From positions 25,420,001 through 25,484,000 of the forward strand of contig NC_042997.1 of NCBI RefSeq assembly GCF_006345805.1: a stretch of 64,000 bases of DNA, written 5' to 3'. Source of the stretch: Octopus sinensis. Its lineage: Eukaryota. The translations under genes and the position numbers were made by a program. The notes under the pieces are model-generated. The model was given only the letters and a program-made list of their open reading frames with translations, was not told the DNA's origin and searched no databases. This document shows positions 54,206 through 64,000 of this stretch, piece after piece (position 1 is the first letter of the stretch; each line of letters opens with the position of its first letter).

Positions 54206-54594
54206 TTGCTATACGAAGGGGTGCTAACAGGTTCTGGCTTTAAGGGTATCGTGAAAGGCCGAGTTGGAGTTCTTTCACAGGGTTTAGAAAAACTGAAGGA
54301 CAACAGCAATGAGTATGTGAATGTGAGTGGGGAATATTTTGAACAAAATCATAATTATTTGATCCACCTGTATTTTCTTTTACCCAAAGCCTGGAAATTT
54401 TCAGCGCTCCATCGTAGTACCGCTCCGAAAATACACTCCACATCGGACTTTACAACTTATTGGGAGAAGTTTTGCGATTATGATGAATTCAGTGATTCAT
54501 TGATATTTCATTTCAAGCTCACCCAACGAATAAAGAAATCAAAGTTGAAGCTTGGCCTGATTCGAACACAGAAAATAAAGAACCTTAATCAAAT

Positions 54595-54992
54595 AGGAGT
54601 GGCTGTGTGGTAAGTAGCTTGCTAACCAACCACATGGTTTCGGGTTCAGTCCCACTGCGTGGCATCTTGGGCAGGTGTCTTCTACTATAGCCCCGGGCCG
54701 ACCAATGCCTTGTGAGTGGATTTGGTAGACGGAAACTGAAAGAAGCCTGTCGTATATATGTATATATATATATATGTATGTGTGTTTGTGTGTCTGTATT
54801 TGTCCCCCTAGCATTGCTTGACAACCGATGCTGGTGTGTTTATGTCCCCGTATCTTAGCGGCTCGGCAAAAGAGACCGATAGAATAAGTACTGGGCTTAC
54901 AAAGAATAAGTCCCGGGGTCAATTTGCTCGACTAAAAGGCGGTGCTCCAGCATGGCTGCAGTCGAATGACTGAAACAAGTAAAAGAGTAAAT
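54595..54992 (+). mobile_element. SINE family A
   Basis: Family A sequence. Confidence 0.92.
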
Positions 54993-55374
54993 ACCGCAAG
55001 GTATTTTTTATACGAAGACGGTCTAACAATTTTCTGAACTCAGGTATTGTAAAAAGAACTTTGGTGTAAGATATATAATGAAAATTGATTTTTTGATGAG
55101 TGCGGTTGGACAGCATATTGTTTTGTTCTTTGTTATGTTTTTGGAATCATATGCTTAATCTGGTTCATACTGAGGCTTTTGAAGCAGGCTATGGAAGAGT
55201 CCGTATTTTTTTCATTTCTTCTGATATATTTATTATCATATTAATTTAATGTTTATATACATGAGTACAATATGATAGATTTATGCACGTTGCCATTTGG
55301 TATTTTATAAGTATGCCCGTCGATTTTAATTGAATATAGGCGTATATATAAACACATACGTACATACATACATA

Positions 55375-55381
55375 CACACAA

Positions 55382-55416
<35 letters not shown>

Positions 55417-55479
55417 ATTTATATATATATATATAAATTTGTAATATAAACACACACGTACATACATACTTACATACAT

Positions 55480-55512
<33 letters not shown>

Positions 55513-55600
55513 ATTTATATATATATATATAATTTGTAATATAAACACACACGTACATACATACTTACATACATACACACACACACACACACATATATAT
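55375..55600. repeat. Local tandem duplication of a degenerate microsatellite block
   Basis: atttgtaatataaacacacacgtacatacatacttacatacatac occurs twice. Confidence 0.85.
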
Positions 55601-55705
55601 ATATTTGTAAATGCATACGCCCATATATATGCATATATATTATATAATTATTTATTTATAAATCTTTATGATTACACAAATATAAATATATATATATATT
55701 TTTAT

Positions 55706-55739
<34 letters not shown>

Positions 55740-56217
55740 CTCAAGTATACATTATTTATCATCTATATAATATTTATTCATGAATGTCATAGATGAAATA
55801 TTGCTTCTGCTCATCACCAACCTCATCATATTATTGAGACCTGTGCCATTCTGTCGCTAATCTTCTTGACTGCGGTATAAATTTCATTTGAATATCTTCG
55901 CCTGTCTAAGTAGTATTCGCCCTCGCAAGTATCTTTGTCACCTGCGAAGCATTTCGAATTGTTTCGGTTAACTCAAGTCAAAAATTATTTTATTCATATT
56001 TTTTTACATATATCAGTCGTTCCTAGTGCTGACCAGTCTTCTGTTTCTCACTTTATTTATTGCATATAATTTCTTCATCTACTTCAAAAATATCTAGCAT
56101 AAATCACTTTCTTTTGGAGTTGTTCTTGTTTAATCCAAGTTCAACTCTCCTGAAACCATCCATTATTCTTGTATAATGTTTATTGTATTGTACAATATGT
56201 CTTTCTTTCGAAGTCAT

Positions 56218-56436
56218 TTACTTTGCTCTTTTACTTGCTTCAGTCATTTGACTGTGGCCATACTGGTGCACCACCTTTAGTCGAGCAAATCGACCCAAGA
56301 CTTATTTTTGGAAGCCTAGTACTTATTCTATCGGTCTCTGTTGCCGAACCGCTATGTTACGGGGACGTAAACACACCAGCATCGGTTTTCAAGCGATGTT
56401 GGGGGGACAAACACAGACACACAAACATATACACAC

Positions 56437-56499
<63 letters not shown>

Positions 56500-56666
56500 C
56501 ATATATACGAAGGCTTCTTTCAGTTTCCGTCTACCAAATCCACCCACAGGGCTTTACTCGGCCCGAGGCTATAGTAGAAGGCACTTGCCCAAGATGCCAT
56601 GCAGTGGGACTGAACCTGGAAGCATGTGGCTGGTAAGCAAGCTACTTACCACACAGCCACTTCTGC
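56218..56666 (-). mobile_element. SINE family A
   Basis: Reverse complement of family A. Confidence 0.9.
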
Positions 56667-56714
56667 GCTGATAACAATACGCGCAAAGTATGGATACGCT
56701 TCGAAATATTCGAT

Positions 56715-56990
56715 TAAAAAAAAAGCCGTTGCTTCCTCGGTTACGACGATGAGTGTTCCAGTTCAAGATCATTACCGGAACAACTTACTCATGAAATTAA
56801 CGTGCAAGTGGCTGAGCACTCCACTCAACGTAGTTTACAGGGAGATTCAGTGTGACAAAGCTGGCCGTTTGAATTGTATGTAGAACTCATATTTTATAGC
56901 TGAGTGGATTGAAATGGCGTGAAATAAAGTGTCATGCTCAAAAACACAACGCGCCGTTGAATATCAAATACACATTCTTACGATAGTGTG
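56715..56990 (-). mobile_element. Diverged SINE (D-like head, C-like tail)
   Basis: Homologous to 14881-15180. Confidence 0.65.
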
Positions 56991-57288
56991 TCGAATACCT
57001 TAACTCCTTAAACACTCGTCTTCATTTTCGAACTATTGTAACAGCAACGCAAATGGCAGAGCAGCCAATTTATATAGTCTGCGGTGGGGAGTCATCCCGT
57101 AGCCATGCGACTAAAAGATACACCTGTTGGTTCTCCAAAGAGGTTAATGTGAACCATCACTCAAGAAAACGTGTAAGAATGTAAAGAGTAGCTTGTCCTC
57201 CCGTAAGGACTATCGGAATGTCTCTCAAATCATGTTACAGAATTACACTCTGAAACATACATACATACATACATACATACATACATAC

Positions 57289-57319
<31 letters not shown>

Positions 57320-57408
57320 CATACATACATACATACATACATACATCACAACATACATCCTGGGGATAAAACAACAGTAATATCTTCTTTGTAGGACTGC
57401 TACATTCT

Positions 57409-57523
57409 TATTTCTTTATTGCCCACAAGGGGCTAAACATAGAGGGGACAAACAAGGACAGACAAAGGGATTAAGTCGATTACATCGACTCCAGTGCGTA
57501 ACTGGTACTAAATTTATCGACAC
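57409..57523 (-). mobile_element. SINE family B, 3' part
   Basis: Reverse complement of the family B tail. Confidence 0.85.
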
Positions 57524-57545
57524 CGATATAATATACATATATATA

Positions 57546-58138
57546 TATATCTATATTGTATAGAGGGCATTATTACACATAATGAATTCTTTTCTTTTAT
57601 GAGGTTTTCACGCTAGCTACCCGATAATTTCTTGTTAAGATCCCTTATTAAGAGATTATCCTTAATGTTAAACTTATTCCGAAATACTTTTCATTACCCG
57701 ACATGCAGTTCGTAAAAAAGCCCGCCATTTACCGGATATATGATAAACATTCCATGTGCTTGGCCGGAGTGAGCAGTTGTCTGTTCGTCTTCGCTACGTA
57801 AGGTTGGTAGTTTATTTATGATGTGTTCAGAATCAGTCTGTGACGATCATTAGACGTAAGTTAATGTGAAATCACGGTGATACAGAACTAAATTCATTTT
57901 TTAAATGTCTTGCTTTGAAAAACTGCATTTGGGTATGATTAGTATAATTTTGGTAGTAATGACTTTGTCCCTCCTAGTGTGAGGCATTTATGTGTAATAA
58001 TGCCCTCTATACAATATAGATATAATTAATTTGTTCAAAAGAAAAAAATTATTTTCGAATTCTTTTCTTTTATGAGGTTTCACGCTAGCTACCCGATAAT
58101 TTCTTGTTAAGATCCCTTATTAAGAGATTATCCTTAAT
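57546..58138. repeat. Complex inverted plus direct duplication
   Basis: 37-bp perfect IR at 57546-57582/57988-58024; about 82-bp DR at 57584-57666/58057-58138. Confidence 0.9.
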
Positions 58139-58154
58139 TGTTAGACATATATAT

Positions 58155-58216
<62 letters not shown>

Positions 58217-58241
58217 CATATATATGTGTGTGTGTGTGTGT

Positions 58242-58510
58242 GTGGAGGCGCAATGGCCCAGTGGTTAGGGCAGTGGACTGGCAGTCGTAGGATCACGGCT
58301 TGGATTCCCAGACCGGGTGTTGTGTGTGTTTATAGACCGAAAACACCTGAAGCTCCACGAGCCTCCGACAGGGACTGTGGTGATCAACTTTCTCTCACTC
58401 TCTCTTCTGTTGGCCTGCTCGCTTAGCCAGCGGGGAGGCGTTATTTGAAGGCTAAAACAATGCGAAGCGCATTGTGACCACGATGTGTAGCAACATCTGA
58501 TAACCTGGTC

Positions 58511-58512
<2 letters not shown>
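58242..58512 (+). mobile_element. SINE with family C head and family E tail
   Basis: gtggaggcgcaatggcccagtgg..., then ttggcctgctcgcttagccagcgggg.... Confidence 0.85.
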
Positions 58513-58554
<42 letters not shown>

Positions 58555-58561
<7 letters not shown>

Positions 58562-59513
58562 AATGTAAGATAACATTTTTCGAAAAAAATTCTATCAATA
58601 GCCAGCATATTAAAAAATACTTTTGAAGGTTAAATTATAAACAACTTATAAATAAGGGCAAATGAAAAAATTTATAATGCCAAATATGTCGAAAATTGGA
58701 CATATTGTCCATTTACCATACAATTGTTTTCCCCAGTACACACGCTACTCGAAAAAAGGCCGACAGAAATCTCTAAAAAATTCCTTTATTACCATATCGG
58801 ACCAATTTCAGGGTTAGTTCAAAAAGAACCTTCCCTTCGTCAGTGATACATGTGGCAAAGAAGCAAATGAGATACTTACTCATACCCATGGAAGAAGCAA
58901 ACACTAAGTCATGAGCACAACTAAGTACCCCAAATAAATCCAAAATAGAAATACTCCAGCAAATGGACAATATGGCCAATTTTCGGCATATTTGGCATTA
59001 GAAATTTTTTCGTTTGCGCTTATTTATAAGTTGTTTATAATTTAAACTTTAAAGGTATTTTTTAATATGTTGGCCATTGATAGAATTTTTTTTCAAAAAA
59101 ATTTTATCCTACATTAGATATAAATTTAATAGTGTTCACTTCCGGACTCTCCCACTCTGTGAGTACCTCAGTTCAAATCGCACGTGTCTTGAATGGGCTG
59201 GAGTATTTCTATTTTGGATTTATTTGGGGTACTTAGTTGTGCTTATGACTTAGTGTTTGCTTCTTCCATGGGTATGAGTAAGTATCTCATTTACTTCTTT
59301 GCCACATGTATCGCTGACGAAGGGGGGGTTCTTTTTGAACTAACCCTGAAAACGGTCCGATATGGTAATAATGGAATTTTTTAGAGATTTCTGTCGGCCT
59401 TTTTTCGAGTAGCGTGCGTACTGCGGAAAATAATTATATGGTAAATGGACAATATGTCCAATTTTCGGCATATTTGGCATTAGAAATTTTTTCGTTTGCC
59501 TTTATTTATAAGT
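58555..59513. mobile_element. Long-TIR MITE (about 58555-59122) plus an adjacent inverted partial copy (about 59198-59513)
   Basis: X (about 58555-58715) is inverted at about 58961-59122; internal Y (about 58716-58960) is inverted at about 59198-59443 and followed by partial inverted X. Mirror ORFs 58773-58979 (-) and 59193-59384 (+) confirm this. Confidence 0.8.
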
Positions 59514-60259
59514 TTTATATATATATATATATATTATATATATATATATATAATATATATATATATATAATATATATATATTATATATACACATATATAC
59601 ACACAAACACGCATACATCCACATTTTTTAAGTACAAAGAGTTTTACACACACACACACATACTTAATATAGGAAGATCACGGCTGAGATATTACCTTCA
59701 TGTGCTGGCCTCATCAGGGCTGACTTGTGGATAAACAAGGTCACCATGAATTAGCAGACACAAACTTTCACGAGCATTTCACTTCTTTCCATTACCGAGC
59801 CTTATTCGACTCGGTAACCATCTAACAGTTTCGCTACCACCCACTCAATGCAACAAACCTAACATCTCTTTTATGATGGACAAATTTTGATTCTTCATCC
59901 CTATTTTGTACCTAGGACTTCTCTATCCAGTACGTCCTCAATTTGTTTGACTACCTGAATTTGTTAGGTAATCGCACAGTCGGTGCATTTGTTGTTGCCG
60001 TAACGGGTTATACCACAACCGCCACCACTGCTTATCCGAATCGAGTAGACCAATGATAAAATGCATTCCTGTTTAATACTCAGTCACATTGCCTGTTAAT
60101 TCCCCGTTGTGATGGTGATCGACCAACTGGACACTAGTGTGTCAATGTGGAAGTGATAGTCCGTGATTGTTAATATGATTTATGATAATTAATATAATTA
60201 TTGCATATTATTAAATTGTTTATATGCAAATCCTTTTTTTAATGGTGAATAATATTGGT

Positions 60260-61100
60260 TTTAAATTTTGGTAGAAGGTCAGAATATCAGGTGAAGGGCA
60301 ATGTCGATAAAATCGTTTCCAATGTTGAACTGGCGCTTATTTTATCCACCCTGAAGATATGAAGGGCAAAGTCGACATGTAAGAATTTGATCACAGAACG
60401 TAAAGACGGAAAAATGCTGCTAAGCCTTTTCCCCGCCATGCGAACATTTCTGCCAGCACGCTGATTTAATGACGGTTGACATTACAGGTTTCAAATATTG
60501 GTACAAGGCCAGAAATTTTTAATGAGGGACGAAGCCAATTATCACGAAGCCAGAAGTCAACAGGTGTTTACTTTTTTGACTCTCGAAAGAATGCAAGAAT
60601 GCAATGTCGACCTCGGTGGGATTTGAGCCGAGACCTTAGAGACGGACGAAATGCCGCTAAGAATTTTGCCCGCCATGCTAACGATTCTGCCAGCTCGCCG
60701 CTTTAATTATAGTTGACATTATAGGTCTCAAATTTTGCTACAATGCCAGAAATTTTGAGGGCGAGGCTAAGCCGATTACATCGAAGCCAGCACTTAACAG
60801 GTATTTATTTTCTTGACTCTCGAAAGATTGTAAGGCAAAGTCGACCTCGGTGGAATTTGCACTGAGAACTGAAAGATGGACGTAATACCTATTTCTTTAC
60901 TACCCACAAGGGGCTAAACACAGAGAAGACAAAGAAGGACGGACAAACGGATTAAGTCGATTATATCGATCCCAGTGCGTAACTGGTACTTATTTAATCG
61001 ACCTGAAAGGATGAAAGGCAAAGTGGACCTCAACGGAATTTGAACTCAGAACGTAAGGACAGAGAAAATACCGCAAAGCATTTTGCTCAGCATGCAAACG
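60260..61100 (-). repeat. Tandem array of SINE B-related units
   Basis: Three diverged units of about 220-230 bp sharing ttgacatta.aggt.tcaaat.ttg.tacaa.gccagaaatttt, then a standard family B copy joined at 60888/60889. Confidence 0.8.
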
Positions 61101-61915
61101 GTCCGGCCAACTCGCCACCTTAATTATAATTGATAATATTGATGCGATTGCTATACTCCAAGAATGCCCGGAAAAACCAGCCATGACCATATCCTCCTTC
61201 TTCTAAATCAGTATACCCTGTACTATTCAATATATGTTTTTTATGCAAAATTGTTAAGGGGAAGTTTTGGTGCTATTACTAGCACGATGAGCAACAGCAG
61301 ACATGGTTTTCATATTAGTGATATTATTGTCAAAGAAAGCTTGTTACACTTGATGTGGCTGTTATTGTTATTGTTGTTGATGTAGTTGTCGTTACTATTC
61401 TTAATGTTGTTATTGCCAATGTCTAATAACTATTGTTGAGAATGTTGTCATATATCTTATTATTCATAGACTTATATTTATTAATGTAGATGCTGATGTT
61501 GATGTCGCTAGTTGTCATATTTTGTTAATATCATCATCGTATATGTTGTCGTAGTTGTAATTATTATTATTACTATTATTATTGTTGTTGATGTTGTCAT
61601 ACTTGATGTTTGTTTTTGTTGTTGCTTTTGTTGATGATGAGATTGCTGTTGCAGAAATAATTAAAGATTTTACATTATTTTATTCTATTCTATTGTATTT
61701 GTTTTCATTCCTCCATAAACGGCATACAGAGAATTGATCAAAAAGACAAACCACTATCGCAGCTACGACTAACACATTGCATTTGGTATTTTGATATTCT
61801 TTGTGATAAAATTTTCAAATTTTACATAATCTTCATTTTCTTCTTTACTGTTTGTTTTGTTATTTTAACACCACATCTTTCCCTGTAACTCCTTCGTCAC
61901 CTCTCACTCTCTCCC

Positions 61916-62072
<157 letters not shown>

Positions 62073-63387
62073 TATATATAATATGTGCTTCAATCACTCC
62101 TTCTCACTGTGGTGATCCGACTTCAATATTATTTAATACCCCCCCCTCATTGCATTGACTTTCAATTCTAATTCACAAGAGCTCACGCATGCACAAGGCA
62201 ACAACCCATGCACAAGGCCACACATGCACACTTCACGCATGCTGTAACACAAACACATGCACGCGAGCACGCACATGCAAACGGTGAAACGCAAGAACGA
62301 AATAGCTCAGTGTTACAGCGTACATGCATGGAAACGGATGGTATATGTGTGTGTGTTTGTATGCATGTATGTATGTATATTTATCATTGTCCATCTATCT
62401 GGATCTCTGTTGATAACAATAGTTTCACGTGATTAGTCAAAATGATGATATATTTTTCTATCTGTGTGTAACTCCTTTGCATATTTGATTTTCTACGCAT
62501 TTGGCGGTCTTCTTTACATTTCGCTATATAATTATATAGATTGCATGCATACACAAGTGTGTGTGTGTGTGTGTGTGTGTGAGCATGTATATGAATATGA
62601 AAGACAAAAATCAGATTTTGATGAAGGACATATCTATCATTTGTATTTTGGTTTATCTGTTGTAGTCTCATCTCATGCTTTAGCTCTCTCTCTTTATCTT
62701 TCTCTCACTTTTCTCTCCCTCTCTCCCACATAAATTTCTCTTTTTCTCTTACTCTCATCTCCACTGTCTTTCCATCTTTCATCTTTTACATGTCATATGT
62801 TTATTTTCAACGTCCTTCTATGCAAAATGCAAAATTATTCTCGAAACCACTTTTGTGTTATTACTTTTTTTTTCTCATTATTGTAAGTGTATATATTTAT
62901 TAACATATGTTTGTGCGTTTTCTATCTATAGTTATCTCTCCATCTTTTCAACAATCTAGCTCACCAGTTATCCCTCTCAATCTTCCCTATCTTTTCCTCT
63001 ATGTATCCATGTGTCGCTCTCTATATATCTATTTGTCAATCACTATGTCTGTCGATGATTATTTTATTCAATCATTGTCCACAAGCTTTGATCGTGATGT
63101 CGTCATCATAGGTTTCATTTATTTCTGCTTCTGGTATTTCGATTGTGCAATAACTCCAATCTAATATTTTGAATTGCCAATTGAAAATACATTGATAAAA
63201 AAAAATATATCTACAAACACTATATGAGGTAGGAATGAAACTGCATACTACATATAGAAAATCACATATATACATATATATAAATATATTGTATATCGTA
63301 TGCACATAATTATGGATACAAATATATAAATACTTACACATACACGCACGCATGTATATTTATGAATTTATATATATATATATATAT

Positions 63388-63433
63388 ATAAGCATTTACA
63401 TTTATATGTAAATACGTAAATATATTTTGCATA

Positions 63434-63495
<62 letters not shown>

Positions 63496-63542
63496 ATATG
63501 CAAAATATATTTACGTATTTACATATAAATGTAAATGCTTAT
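63388..63542. repeat. (TA)n-centred palindrome with 51-bp perfect arms
   Basis: 63388-63438 is the reverse complement of 63492-63542; the spacer is nearly pure (TA)n. Confidence 0.92.
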
Positions 63543-63611
63543 TTCTATTTACATAGGCTCACCATGCTCACGCACTTAGACACAAAACCGCACGCACACA
63601 CATACTCACAC

Positions 63612-63642
<31 letters not shown>

Positions 63643-64000
63643 CACACACACACACGTGTGTGTGTATTTGTTAGCGTGATTGTTTACAGAAGTGTTCCAT
63701 GACTAATCTATTTTCGCATGTAACATGAGTAAATTGTTCCAAACTTTTATAATTACCATTCCAACCAATTCCAACCAATTACGCCACGAACATACCATCA
63801 AGACTACCACCACCACCATCACCATCACCATCAACACCACTTCCACCACTACCTCCTCTGCAACTAACGCCAGCACCGTTCTTTAATGTAGTAAATTTAT
63901 TCATTTCATGTATGATATTTTGCACTTTATTTTGATTATCAGACCGAAAACCAAAAATAATAAATAAACAAGATGTGATTTTCGGATTTGATAAGTCGTT

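Noticed and set aside
55780-56200. Possible LINE linker remnant on the minus strand (EIYTAVKKI...)
   Set aside because: Only one weak motif; too degraded to support.
62186-62330. Six minus-strand UGCAUG (Rbfox) motifs in about 140 bp
   Set aside because: They lie in degenerate CA/TG repeat, where the hexamer arises easily, and no exon was identified nearby.

Overview
AT-rich, microsatellite-dense eukaryotic DNA. The SINE/LINE repertoire is one I recognise from Octopus genomes (inference, not a database match). I found no convincing host protein-coding exon, so this looks like intergenic or large-intron sequence. Almost all ORF-track entries are translated microsatellites or SINE read-throughs. 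The real coding signal is all fossil mobile elements: two R4/Dong-like RLE LINE 3' ends, several CR1-like fragments, an RTE 3' end, a Tx1/L1-like 3' end, Penelope-like RT and GIY-YIG fragments, a Tc1 5' end with TIR, and weaker hAT and Tc1 fossils. There are also about 35 tRNA-derived SINE copies or fragments, two solo LTRs, a non-autonomous Helitron-like element and several MITE/fold-back structures. The best candidate for a new system is a pair of unrelated, intact-looking minimal type I hammerhead ribozymes. Both carry the compensatory U3-A8 core instead of canonical C3-G8, so a CUGANGA search would miss them. One (26802-26844, +) lies inside a 361-bp structured unit with a 20-bp terminal direct repeat embedded in (TA)n, which is retrozyme/pLTR-like. 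The other (46779-46818, -) lies about 80 nt downstream of a Penelope GIY-YIG ORF. All structures were read by eye and need folding, homology searches and cleavage assays.
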